Source: Lingula anatina
Taxonomy: Eukaryota > Animalia > Brachiopoda
Assembly: GCA_051362555.1 (NCBI GenBank)
Contig: CM120642.1
Location: 32,674,001-32,738,000, forward strand
Reading direction: 5' to 3'
DNA length: 64,000 nt
The translations under genes and the position numbers were made by a program. Positions 14,114-28,300 of this stretch are shown piece after piece. The first letter of the stretch is position 1. The number at the start of each line of letters is the position of its first letter. The notes under the pieces are model-generated. The model made no database searches. It had not been told where the DNA came from and saw only the letters and a list, made by a program, of their open reading frames with translations.

Positions 14114-15685
14114 GTGAGCTGATTTTTTTTCTGTCTCACGTGTGGCTTGATGATAACTTTGTTCTTACATCAGTGTGCACTTTATAAAGTATTTCATGGA
14201 ATTATGCTCGTCCTTTATCATATTTGAACATGAGGGAAAGCTTTGATAGCATTGAAAAAATAGAAGAATTACTACAGCAAATGACCAGTGACTTATCAAC
14301 CCATTACAAAGTCACGACAGCGCCCAATATCAATTACGCGTTGTCGTTTGTTTCATTAAAGTACTAATCAGGTCCATTTGTGGAATATATGACAAATGTG
14401 AAAAACGACGCCAGTATACTGTTAATAATTATAAATAATAACACTATTATCTACACGTATGGATTTAACAACATAGTTTATTGAAGGTTCCGCCGTTTTT
14501 GACAATAAGTATAATTGCAGACCTTTTGATTTTTTACAAATATTTTACAACAGAGGCATGTGCAAAGTTTATTTATAAAGTACGTTTTGGGGTATCCTAG
14601 AACTTTATAATAATGATAAAATATTTTTATGTATGTTCTGTAGACTTTACAAATAAAACACAAAGGTAAAGTGATTATTTTAAATTGCAATGTAATAAAA
14701 GTATAGAAAGGTATAAAAAGTGTAGAAAAAATGACCAATATAAGGTTTTGTAAATTATAAAATATCCAATCACAATTTTTGCTAAAAGTTCAGCGCTCTT
14801 TATCTTTACGATAAAGGACAGTTTTGTTACAGCTAATGAAAATGTTGTGTGTTGTTAAAAATGCGTAACACAACGGATAAGAAAAGAATGAATCAATTAC
14901 TACAAGCTCAACTTCAACTTGTGTTACAGATTAAGAATTCGATTTTCAAGCAGTGTTCAGCGGTCTTTCTATAAGATAACCACTAAAATATCAAATTCAG
15001 CAACAGTAACATCATCATATCATTACTTTCACCACTCGCACTGAAATATTGAAAATCGATAAATGAGAAGCCCGGAAAACCGCCGTCTTTTGTACCTTTA
15101 ATTTCTGTCTGACACAACTGCTTTCAAAAGGAGATCTTATAATTGCAGTTCAAATGTAAAACTGACAAGAGTGCATTATTTATGTTCTGCAGGTGTTTTT
15201 TTTACGTCAAAGATCCAATGAAATATGATAGATTGTATCACTTCAGTGCACACGAATGCCCCGACACTTACAACTGTTAAACGGTAACAAAGAATTCGAA
15301 ATATTATCTTATATCTACAACATGTCCGGTATCTCAATAAAAACGGATAACGATTGTTGTATTATTTTTAATTTTGATTAATTCGAATTGAGCGCTTCCA
15401 CCCCTACATTGTAACACTGTACCTGTGTTTATACTATACGTATTTTATGTTCGTTTGGGTTTAACGAATTAGAAAATCATACAAGTTTATGATAAATGAT
15501 GCGTACAATTTTACCTTTTATTTATTCATTTTATTTTGCTTGAATTGACCGCATTCTGTCCAAGTCAGGCAGTAGATGGCAAATTAGCATTCGCTCTTCA
15601 AATCATCTTTTCATGTCCAAAATATTCTTGTGTACATTTGAACGGTAAAAACAACGATCAAATAAAAAAATCTACAATAAATATT

Positions 15686-18020
15686 GTTTTTTTTCTTTTT
15701 TATTGACACAATACATCACAAATACATGACAATACAAATAAAGGAACAACTCTCGCTCACACTTAAGAAAAATGTGTTGTGCTATTTCGCTTTTAATTAA
15801 TTACATCGTCGTACTCTAAAATATTCAGATTGCAAATAAATTAATTATATTTGAGGTGTTCTGACAGAGTGACTTATCTGTTTTCACCAGATATCTAAGC
15901 GATGAAATCAAACATCCCAAAGTTGGTTTACCCCGTGAAAACCTTCTTAAGTAAATATAAAATTTAAATTGCAATAAAATGACATTAATAATTGGAGAGA
16001 GGCTTGTAGAGCCAACTAAGCAATTTCGTTTTTGAGACAAGTAGAATAATTTGAGTACTGGATAATATATATTTTAGAAAATCGTTCTGTGATTTTGGGT
16101 AACCTCACAATGCCAGAATAAATGCCTTGAAGCCTACAACGACTACAACTACAACAACCACCAAACCTACAACGACTACAACTACAACAACCACCAAACC
16201 TACAACGACTACAACTACAACAACCACCAAACCTATACTGACTACAACCACAACCACCACCAAACCTGCAACGACTACAACTGAACCTACAACTACAACA
16301 ACCACCAAACCTACACTGACTACAATTGAACCTACAACTACAACAACCACCAAACCTACAACGACTACAACTGAACCTACAACTACAACCATCACCAAAC
16401 CTACACTGACTACAACTGAACCTACAACATCAACAACCACCAAACCTACAACGACTACAACTGAACCTACAACTACAACAACCACCAAACCTACACTGAC
16501 TACAACTGAACCTACAACTTCAACAACCACCAAACCTACACTGACTACAACTGAACCTACAACTACAACAACAACTCTTTTGCAAACGGAACATATATTA
16601 TTGTCGACCATTTGATATTTGAAAAGCAGTGAATTTGTGGTAAGGATATTTTGATTAATTCGAAATTGGAACCAGTTAAGATTTGAGCTTTTGTTATCAT
16701 GAAAGGAAGTTAAAAATGTTCGGATGTTCATTTCCATCCAAATTTAATAACTTCTTCCATTTATTCATAACTTTTGACATCTCAAGAACAACTACTTAAC
16801 TTAAAGTTTTATGATTAATCTTTGAGCCTAACAGCCTGACAATAACAATATATGATCAGGAATTAAAGGAGTGGCCATTTTACTGAATTTTTCAGGAATA
16901 CTACTACTAAGATAATTCTATGATATTCGACAAAATTTGTGTCAGTACCATGATTATCCCCTCATTGTCTTGTATTCTTTTTTTCGACAATAAGTCTTCT
17001 CACCCATGGAATTTTAACGATTTTATAAAGTGCCTCATACTTACCATTCTCAAACCCCCGGCTTTATAATCTCTTATAATGATATTTCTTTTAATTTTAT
17101 CAGGTTTATTATTCCAGAGAAAAGTAAACAGACGTTTTTTTTTCTAATTCTTTCTGTTTTTCCTCTCTAGATCTATTAAATGCGCCTTGTAATTTTTCTT
17201 TTCGTACTTCCTCCAATTCTCTTTGCTTTTGTCTTAAAGTCTGAATGTTGTCCTCGCAAATTATGTTTTCTAAAATTTCAATTATCTTAATTAGCTTCTT
17301 TTCTGTTTCTGACTTTTCCTTCTTAGGTAAGAAGCATAAGAAATTGTCTTACCCCTATTTTCACCAGAAGTGTTTCAAAAAATAGGTGATCATTTACCGC
17401 AAAATGAATTTCTTTGTACGGTATATTTCGGAAGTTTTTGAAATTATATACCGGGGCTGCGTACTGTTTTTTAACCTCTATAATTTTACTTCTAATTGCT
17501 TCAATATATGTTATATCGTGCAGTAAGGAATTATTGAATTTCCAGAAGCCCCTACCCTTAACGTATGCGTGGAAGGTAAGTGATACCACTACAGCCGAGT
17601 GATCAGTCCTATAGCCGGGCTTGATAAAGCACGATTTAGTGCTAAAGTAGTCAAAAAGTAGTCTAGTCGAGCTTGTTGAAAAGGTGTTCGTCGTAGCCAC
17701 TTATACTTATTAATATTTGGATGCAATCGTCTATACGAATCAATGAGGTTATAACTGTCCTTCATTTCCAAAATTTTGTTTCTGAAATTAGGGTTATTTA
17801 CATGTATATTGTTTTGATAATTCTTGACTGGATCTAGCCCCAGATTAAAGTCTCCACATATTATAATGTTTTTACACCCAAAAGTTTCTATACTGGTTAA
17901 AGGGAGTAAAAAAATCAGGTTTATCCGTATTTGGGTCGTATACTGAACAGATAAGAAATTTCCTATTTTCTATCAGTACCTCTAGTAGAATGTAATTTCC
18001 ATTTTAGACTCGTTTCTCAT
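15686..18020 (-). mobile_element. Degenerate, internally deleted L1/Tx1-clade LINE ORF2 relic
   Basis: Endonuclease motifs (YKWLRR..QARLDYFL, GYRTDHSAV, GRGFWKFNNSLL) at 17.3-18.0 kb; C-terminal FQFRINQNILTTN..C..C..HLFWHC zinc-binding region at 16.1-16.7 kb; AATAAA and A-rich tail at about 15686-15704. Boundaries approximate. Confidence 0.82.
16131..16575 (+). repeat. ACA-rich minisatellite (KPTTTTTEPTTTTTT-like units) inside the LINE relic
   Basis: Repeated ACCACCAAACCTACA(AC/CT)GACTACAACTGAACCTACAACTACAACA units of about 45 bp, with shorter units at the left end. Confidence 0.9.
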
Positions 18021-18106
18021 ACATGTAAGTCTCTTCGCTTTCTATGCGTTTTTAATTCTTTTTAGAACGAAATATACAGTATCCCCTCGAGTGGTCCGCA
18101 AGGCGT

Positions 18107-21100
18107 TTACCCGCGGCACGTAAGGGGCCCAACAGTATGATATCCTTTTTCGTCTTCTCCAGCGTCTCCAAACTTAATCATAGATATCGGCAGATAACTT
18201 GACTCTGTGATGTTTCCTTCGTCTGACCGCCAAACGTTGTCATTTTTGTCGCAGTTGCATCCTACAGAAAAAAACAGTATGGTGTTTGTTGCATCACTTT
18301 ACCTCACACACATACACATACATATTTACATACACACAAACACACACACTACGTGTCATTTACCTGTATATCACAGACAGTCTGAATCCAATGTGTAAAT
18401 AATATTTTGACGCATCATTTCAAGTGATACTTCTAAAAAAATCCTCGCTTTAACAGACGCCCTCTTTGTCTTTAACGCTAAAGTAGCTAAAATTGTTTTG
18501 AAATTATTGCCTCGTACGCATGATACCAAATTGTTTTTCTAAGAGCCTTAATTTTATATGTTATTTGTAAAAAATATTCAAGATTGAGACCAACCACAAA
18601 AGAACCATGGTATAAAATACCTTTGTACAGCGTCTTTTTTCGTGTAAAAGTGAGAGAGATTAGAATTTTTCAAACCATAAACTGTAGGCCTGAAACAGAT
18701 AAAATCCCTATGACTTTGTATGTCAATTTTTAAAACCTATTATGACCACGTATGAGAACAATCGAAAGTTGAAAACGTTCATTTACAAATAAAGCAAGAA
18801 ATTTAACATACTAGTTGAAGAGTCTGCGCATGATCCGTCTTGTGCGCAAGCGCAGTTGATAGGGGTACCGTCTGGATCCCCTCCGCCCCAAAATGGCGCT
18901 TTCTGTCCATGTCGATCGTACCAAGCACCGTAGTTGTTAATGACCGAATGGTAGCATTCGTATTTTATGTACTGGCTGCATTCAGATCCAACGTAATCCA
19001 CGTATGCCGCCACTTGGTCAACAGTCGCTGTAAGTAAGGAAAGATATAAGGACCTTGCTGAAATTTAGCATTTGATTTCCATTAGTTCTGTTAATACAAG
19101 AGCAAATGTAAATTCCCCTAGATCCCCTAGATATTCCCCTAGATCCTAGATATTAGAACCTTGCTGAAATTTAGCATTTGATTTCCATTATTTCTGTTGC
19201 TACAAGAGCAAATGTGACTTCCCCTAAATCTACCACAGGGAATCGAAATTATATACAGAATTATTTTTCTACTTAAAGTATTGTTCTGTAGGAACAAACT
19301 TCATTTTTCAATGTCCTGCGCAATGCAAAACATCAATTCGCTCACTTTGTTCAAACAGTTTACTGCTCATATACATATGTACACACCTTCATAAATTTTG
19401 TACACTTCATTAGCAAAGTTCCCTCCTTCTCCGTCGCTGTTACAGGCATTTGAAGGTCCGTATTTATCATAGGTGTCACCAGCAGTGGCAGCAGAAGCGC
19501 ACAAGCCGCCATCCTGGACAGCAAAATACGTGTAGCCGCGAGACTTGGCGGCTAGGTAACATTTGTAGATTGGGTTGGTTCTTGTAGTGTAAGAGCCATC
19601 CAGATTGGAGTCCACGCCTTCCAGAGTGGCAATAGCTCTCGTACTAGTATCTGTCCAGCAACCAATGCTATGGTAGTCTATAAAGGAATTAAAAATTCAT
19701 GAAAACTCTCTCCCTTTCGTGCATAGTATGCATGCTACGTATAAATACTTGATATTGCATTTTCATTGCAGAAGGGTGTCTGACCAATGCAGTGGGGGAT
19801 GGCACAAGTTCCTATCATCCCCTGATATTTGTGTAAATGCGTTAAACTTAATATACTTGTGCAATTAAGATTTAACATCTGGTACACAACTAAGCTACCG
19901 TAATTACTCACATTTGTACGCCAACGATTTCGAGTACGAGTAAGCCACATCAAAGCCGCTGACGCGTGTCCTGTCTTCATAATCATGGTGAAAGGTCACA
20001 GTGGGTGGTGTAGTTGACATATCACAATACACCTCGAAAGCAGCCACACCTCCACCGCCATCTGGGTCAACCCAATAGAGGCCGCTAGTGGTGTTAAACC
20101 GTTTCCACTCTGTGCAAGACGGCAAAGCTGAATAAAAGAATAATAATACTTCATTCAGCTTATAATGGTGAGTGGCAATATACCGTATAGAAAAAAAAAA
20201 AAAAAACAGTCGGATGGTTTGAAATCACTGACTGCGGCAGAAACTAACCGTGCATGTGGCCCACAATAACTCTGTCGTAATTGATGAGAATTAATACTGG
20301 CACAAACAAAACGTAAACTGTATAAACAAATGTGGAAATAGCTCGATACCTCATGAAAAAAAATAATAAGCGTAGCATCATTATATTTTTTTGCATAATA
20401 ATTCCATTGTTATAAATGTCCTGTCTAATCTCACCTTAAACAATGCTTGTCGTTGTCCATTTATCCAATAATCAAGTTGATTTTATACAAAAACAATAAA
20501 AACATTAGGACTGAAGGGTTAAGAAATGAGAAAAGGCAGACATTATATCCCATAAAGATTTTTAAAAAGTTCGATCAAAAAATATCAAAAGACATTAGTC
20601 AATAGCTAAACCATTTGGCTATGACTTACCTGGTTCACACTCTAATGGACCAACAGTGTAATAGGCAGAATTCCCGGCGGTTCCAGTGCCACCAGAGAGG
20701 AATTTCTTTATAGGTAGTAAGGACTTGTCAGTAAAATACCCCTCATCTATTCTCCACACGTTGTCGTTCTTGTTACAGTTGCAATCAGTTCTGCCATCTA
20801 TCGGAAATAATACAGTTTGGGTTACGTTCTGAGTATGTATGTATTAAAACTAATAGAATCAACCGAAAGCAGTGGTAATGATGCTGATAGTCTTTCCAAA
20901 GTCAAAAGCAAAATAAGCGAGATATTTTCAAGGAATCATCAATAAAACCATTTTCGGATTTGTGTATTATTCTTTACTCTGTATTGCGAAATTCGGTTTC
21001 ATAAACATATGTTTCAGATATCGGCCAGTTCCAAGAAGGCCACTCATGAATATCTGTCGCCATTTTCGCAATGCTTATTTGGTACAATCTCACTGTTTTC

Positions 21101-24100
21101 TACCTCTATATTAGTCCAAGACATGTATGCGTGCAGAACTGAAATATTTAACAAAAATGCCCTTGCTTTCTTTCTATAAAATTCCCTTCATGTTATTTTC
21201 GATAAAAAATTATAAACATTAAAAAGTGTTAAACGACACACAATACAAGACAATGTGTGTACAATAAATACGATTACCCTTCCCAATTGTTTGTTAGGAA
21301 AACAAACCTGGGATTTTACGTTAAAGAAGTGATTCAAAGAAATAGGAACGAGACAAGATGGAATGATTTACTTACCAACACAGGTTCCTGCAATTCCACA
21401 TGCACATTTATTCACGCTATTACCGCCGGCCCAGTAAGGGATTGCTATGCCACCTATAGGTATGAAAACATACAGTGAGAACATAACGTGCTGAGATGCT
21501 GTCATTGTAAAAAGAGCAGTAAGCGCTACAGATTTCACTTTGTACTCAAAATACATCTATTTACAACATGTTTGTCACCATCGCCTTCACCTTCGTCGTT
21601 CCTTTTATCCTTATAACCTTCTTACACACACACACACAGACACACAGACACACACTTTCTCTCTCCGTGCTTACTTCTGTCCTGAGCCTGGTTGCAGGAA
21701 CCAACGCCAGACGCTCCGTTACAACGGAACTTGGCATACTGGGAGCAGGTGGCCACGGAGTCCACAAACGGACCCATCTGGTTGGCAACATCTATGCCGT
21801 AATAGGTCAGGTCTTGGCTCCAGCTTCCACAGGCATTGTAGCCCTATAGCAAAATAAATCACTGAAAGCGTCATAGTCCAGATCGTAACAATATTGACTA
21901 TGGAAATGGGTGGTTTAAATAATGCAAGTGAAAATAGAAAGGGTGAAACATTTACATATCGTATTTGTTTCATCATGCTCCTCTTCTTGTTGGGGCAAAA
22001 TACTTACTGAGATCTGACTGGACTCGGTGTCATCTCTACTATGGTGTATAATTGTCTTCCCAGGTGGCGTGGTAGTCATGTCACACTCCACCATGAAAGG
22101 CCCAACACCATAGTTGGCTCCGTCAGGGTCGATTTCAAAGTAACCGCTGTACCGAAATCCATATTTGTAATATTCGTAGCAGGAGCTCAAAATGGCTGGA
22201 AAATCGTAGCATATAATCGTCATACATTTTGTAATGAATGTACATATCATACACAAATGAAATATTCTATGACATACTGAAAATCGGGATTCATAAATTG
22301 AAACATTCGTTAAAAGGAAAATATAATGACGCAGTCATCATAAGATTTGACTTACACAAGAGGCTGCAAGAGGGCTATAGAAGTATTAGATCATATTTAA
22401 GAGGCAATTAGTATAAATGCTTTCACAGAGAGACACTCTTCTAATACCGGTACCTTTAGATTTACAGTTCAAATGATAATATTTTCATAACATCTCAATA
22501 TCTTGAAAAGATATAAAGCAAATAAAGATGAGTGTCAAACCTTTCCATCATATACAGGTACTTACATACACATTTGTGTGTTATCCACATGTATTTTGTT
22601 GGTCCTACACACGGATCACCAAATACTCCATTACTTGAATTGACTGTACAGCTAGTGCGCTGCTGACACAGGTTCTTGACGGCTTTTATAGAAGCTCTCT
22701 GATCTGCCCTGCAACCAATACTCTCCTTTCCGTAGAAAGCATCCAGAATGTCTATCCAGGTCCCAGTAGGACAGGACAGAGAGACGGTACTGTTCTCATT
22801 TATTTGGCTGGTATTTGTATACCCTAAAGAATAAGCATTCACATTAAAATGCATCAAAGCATAAAGAGTTAAATCACTATACACGTTTGAAAAGGTCCCA
22901 AAGTCATATTTTATATGTCTACATATCTTGAAAAGCTGGGTATCTTACCCAGTGCCGACCTTTAAAACTACAGAAACCCTCAAATTAAAGAACGTAAAAC
23001 TACATATTTACAGAATCCACACTTACCTGGCTCAAATCCGTATACCTCAAACCTGGCACTCAAGCGACTGTTCCATGTCTGGGGATTGAACCGTATATAT
23101 CGGCCCACGGCAGCAGGTTTTATATAGTTACTACGGATGGTACTGCTATCCCAGTTGGCTTGGAATATCTAAAACCAGAGACAAAGAATTACTACAGTAG
23201 CGACGGATTTGGGGGGGGGGCAGGGGGTCCTGACTGAAGTTAGAATTTTGACTAGCTGAATCATAGTTCTAAACCGTACAAAATAGCATCGTTCGGCCTT
23301 TAAAATGCCAAAAAATTTCGGGGCCCTTTGGCCTTTTAGCAGGCCCTGAACCCCACGCCGACGGCTGCTCGGGGGAGTTGCCTTGTCAAGACTCTTGATA
23401 CCTACTTGGATATAATTCTGACACACATATATATGCTTAAAAGTTAAATACAAACATTTTATGAGACGATGCTTTTCTTGTATTGCCTCCACTGGAGCAT
23501 TCTGTATAAAGTTAGTCTTTACCTTGCACGAGCCATCTGCCTTTGTGTAACATTCAAAATTGGATCCGTCATCTGAGAACAGCAACTTGTACGACTTCAC
23601 ATGCTGATCACTTGCACTGCGCCCCTGAAATAAGACACCAAAATAAAGATCTGCATAGATAAAGTCCCAAGGAATCGACACATTTCTCTAGACTCTTTTA
23701 TCATCAGAAACCCCTTGGAGATGGATCGATCCTGTTTGATCAGAAACCATTAATATACTATCCTTGCCTTTAAAAATGCTAGGTTTTATGACTACAGACA
23801 AAACTTGACCGTTTGCCAATTTTTAAAAGATTGCCCAAGACACGTTTTCTCAACGGCGAAAAAGAGGAAAGAGAAAAATATCAACGTTCGCCAAACACCG
23901 CATCGGTGATGTCACCTGAATGAGAAGATCGTTTGCTCTCAAGCTTATGTAATACCGTTGTTGCAACTTTGGTAATATTCATCGTCTTTCCCAGGTCTAT
24001 TTGGTACCATTGGTTGGTGTCCACGGTGTTGCCACACCACCCATTAGAACTACCAATTCTTCCATAATTGATGGGACAACGTCTATGTGTTGTTGATGCC

Positions 24101-25222
24101 GAGAGAGAGGAACTGGGTATGAAGTTGCTCTGCATCCCCAGGGGACGCTCTACACCTAGAGAATATTAGTAAAATATGAGATTAGAAACCATTTATGAAA
24201 ATTAAGAGTGAAATTTCGTGAAAAATATAATAGAAAAAAAAAACGAATAACAAAAGAAAATTGTTTCTGAGCAATCTACAATATGGTTCGATTCTCTTGT
24301 CTCATTATTGTGTGTCAGGTGGCTTTATACATTATAGTCGCCCTAAATCGCTTTACGGCTATAAGTAGCCACCTGCCGCTCATCCACTACTCTCACTCTT
24401 TCCTATATATTGCATATGATACACTTTTTCACTTTGTAGTTTTCAATATTACTTGGACGTGTAGTTTGATTGAATCACGACTCTTTTATGCATAAAGTGC
24501 AATTCATGTTTGTTCTCATCTGTTTCTTTGTGAAATACAGGGGTTTGAAAACACTATAATATTTAGTGGCTTACTACTATGATGTGATAATTTCAAAACT
24601 CACTTTCCACCCAGGAGGTACAAATCAATGGTCCCAGTGTTTCAAAACCCATTTCATAACCGCTATCAATATCGTTTATTCTGGTCTGCACAATGGGAAG
24701 AATATTCTTTTCCTGAAGGTACCCGGAATCCTTCCTCCACACGGCATCGTTCTGGACACAACTGCAATCGCCTGTTACAAAAATATTCACTTACGTTTAT
24801 TTCTGATCTATCAGGGAGCATGCTTACAGGAGCCCAATTTTCTATTAGAAAAAAAAGGTACTTGATATTTCAAAAGTATCCAGAAAAACACATCTAGTAA
24901 ATCAAACGCGCTTACTTAACAAGAATTTCATGTGAAAAAGATTCAATCATTCTGGATATTTTTTAATTACTCACATAAGGGCTAGTGTCGATATCACGGA
25001 TAATGTTATGCATGTCAACAAATACCAGGCAACAAATATCATTTTGAACATGATCACGAATTTTGACGCTCAATGATTAGTCGAGAGGAAGTCACGTGAG
25101 GTAAGTGAATTGACCTCCTAGTCAACTCACTCCGCCATGTTGGATGTTCAGATTTTCTATGTGATAAACATTGCACGACACAAAGTTCGAAATGTCATGC
25201 CCGACGGCGTCCATTTTAAATA

Positions 25223-25305
<83 letters not shown>

Positions 25306-28300
25306 TTTTACGTAAAAGAAACAATGGGGCTTTAAACTGAATTGGTTAATTGCGATAATTTATATCTTTAAATTCCACTAAGAGTATAAGATTTATGTTT
25401 GCTTTGGACTACGTGGTCCTCACACTTGGAGAAGGATGCCATGGTCGGACAAGGCAAATGTTTATAAATTGCCCTTTGTTTTGTACTCTTACTTCTTCCG
25501 TTTTCACAGGCGGAATATTTCCCACACAGACACCTGGAGACAGGGGATCCTCCAGGGAAGTAAGCACCCCAATACCTGTATACTCCAGTACGATCACTAT
25601 GATCAGTGTTTGACCCAGGGTCTACAACAGAAATTATATGTATCATTATCATATTTAATATAAACACCTGAAAGGAAACGTGCAAGTTTGAATTCACATT
25701 CATCGTAAAAATAATTTAAAAGATTTACACGACTTATACTATTTATGACAACATTATTGGTACAATTATATACATGATAAAAAGACTCAACAGCCAAATT
25801 GGTTTTTAAAAATGGTTTATTCGTACTTACTTCCAAGTGCATGACACTCTATTTGTCTGTATTGGTGACAGTGACCGGACATATTCAATAATGCAGTCAT
25901 CTGGTCCATAGATGCGGTAGAATACGTCAGATCCCTATAAGCATAGCCTGCGTGACCAGGCCCAAGTTGACTGCTTCGACCTTCTATATCATGGTGGACA
26001 ATGGTCAATGGGGGATCAAAGGTCATGTCACATTCCACCTGAAAAGGGTCCATTCCACCAGGACCATCTACATCGATATCATAGTTCCCGCTACTTAAGC
26101 CATCTTCCTTCAGTTTGTCGCAAGTACCTGTAAAATTATCAATTACTGAGCATTTAAATTATACTGACGACAATATATGCTTATGGGATAAAAGGCTTTG
26201 TTTCCCTTTGTCTCTTGCTAATAAACAAATTGAAAGCTTCATATGTAATAAATGCATTTACAAAGCGTAGCAAAAAATGAAATAATAGAATACATCCTCA
26301 TGAAAGTCATTAAGATAAGAAGCCAAATCTGTTTCTACCTGTGTTAGTGGTGGCTGTCCTCGATACGTTCCTGCTCCTGACACCTACTGGTCTGTTAGTT
26401 ACGGTAGTTAGTCGTAAGGTATAGCTTGTCCCTTTTTGTAACCCAGTGATGAGGGTAGTCGTGGTCTTAAGGTACCCAGGGTCCTCAAAGTTCAGCACGG
26501 TGGTACTGGTGTCGTCAGCAGCACTCTGGGGCGTTACCTCTAAAGTGAATGTTTGAGTGAACCCGCCATTGAAGCCGGACATCCACGTGATTTCTAGAGA
26601 TGTGGTTTGGCTTTCGTTCACGTAGACAAAACTTGGATATTGTGGAGGTCCTAGAACAAAAAGGAACTTTTAAAACTCTGTTGTGTAACTCAGGGACGTA
26701 CGCACGGATGCACTGTGCGTACAATTTTTTTGGGCCAATCATGATATTATTCTCTATAAATTTAACGTATTTTTACGAAATATAGTCGAAAATCCCTTCG
26801 ATTGAAAATTAGAGACACCTGAATGTACAAATCTTCTGTATAACTTGTATACGAACCATTGTTACGCCCCTGGAGTTAAATGGGGATATTTCCAGAGAGC
26901 CTTTTTACCCAAGAAGGCACCCTCATTCTATACTAGAAAGTTGTAAGCTATACTCGTCCGTACCTCTCGTGGAAAACATTTCTTTATCGAATTATTTCGT
27001 TGCCTAAAGCGTGTCAGTGAGTTATTGCGATTACCTATCTTTTTACAATAAACCGACCTGCAAACCTCCCAATGCAGGCCTACCTAGCTACCAGACTCGG
27101 CACCGAATGATCCGGAATTCACCGGCAGATTTGACCACACTACTATTTTCATTCGCCGATTTTCAATTGTACAGAGGTCGTTGCCAAAATAATGGTATGA
27201 TGGATAGTTACACATTTTAACATTAAAATGTTCTTGAAAAGGTTCTTGAAAGTGAAACTTACCTGTTGTGAATGAACATTGTTAGGATAAACTGATTACA
27301 CAAATTACCCATGATATGTATTTTAAAAGTTCGTATTCCCGACCCATTCTACCCATCCATTCATGCTCTTAAGCATGTTTGCTTTGATCTCACATTAAGA
27401 GATACAGGATTATCAAATTGCTTAAAGTGTTTTTAATGGCAACATGTAATACCACATGCAGTTAGGGGCAGATGTATGTATAACGCAAACAACCCTCACT
27501 CAACATAGGGTTTGTGTTTCTGACCTTTTGTAAAGAGTTGCTAAGTGGTTATTAAAGACACCATACCTAAAGGGATAAAAATTCTTCTTACTCACGAACT
27601 TGCTAGGCTCATCCCTGCATCTTAACTCGATATTTTGTACCATCTCTAATAAGGTACTTTAGTAATGTGTAACTATCCAGTAATGTAGACAACCATAAGA
27701 ATTTTTTCAGAGAGATGTGTAAACACCAGGGACTTGAAGTTTATATTTTTCATTCAAAGCAGGAAGTATAGTATCCATTTGTTACATCCTTATAATTCTA
27801 TTGTAATGTTAAAATTACATCATAAGCATTGTTTCTATAATGCAGGGAGTGTTGCGTTAATTAAGTTTATAATAATTTTAACTATCTTATTTAATCTTTA
27901 TATAAATATTTTATATGCCATACATGTTTATCTTTCTGCTAACGTATGCTTGGATAACGATTTTGATCTACTTTTACTATTGTGATAGTGGGCCACAAGT
28001 CATTCTCTATTTGGTCTCTCACCCTATACGTAACTAGGTTTTTTATTTCTTACTACAAGTATGGGTAATACCATATTATTTACTCTACTATATTAATTAT
28101 TATTATAACTTTCTTGTCTTTAAAGTTATATATACGTTTGCATTAGGTAATGTGTAATTATATTACAAATTTATGTGTAATACATGTATATAAGATCTTA
28201 AATTCGATGGCGTAAATATCTCTTAACCTGTACAGAAATCAATTGGAATTATTAAATGCTTTTTATAAGGGATTAATTAAAAAATCAGACAAAATGACTT

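Noticed and set aside
16105-16737. 210-aa Val-rich and 162-aa Thr-rich ORFs as stand-alone genes
   Set aside because: Both arise from a stop-free minisatellite inside a LINE relic; no signal peptide or in-phase splice partner was found.
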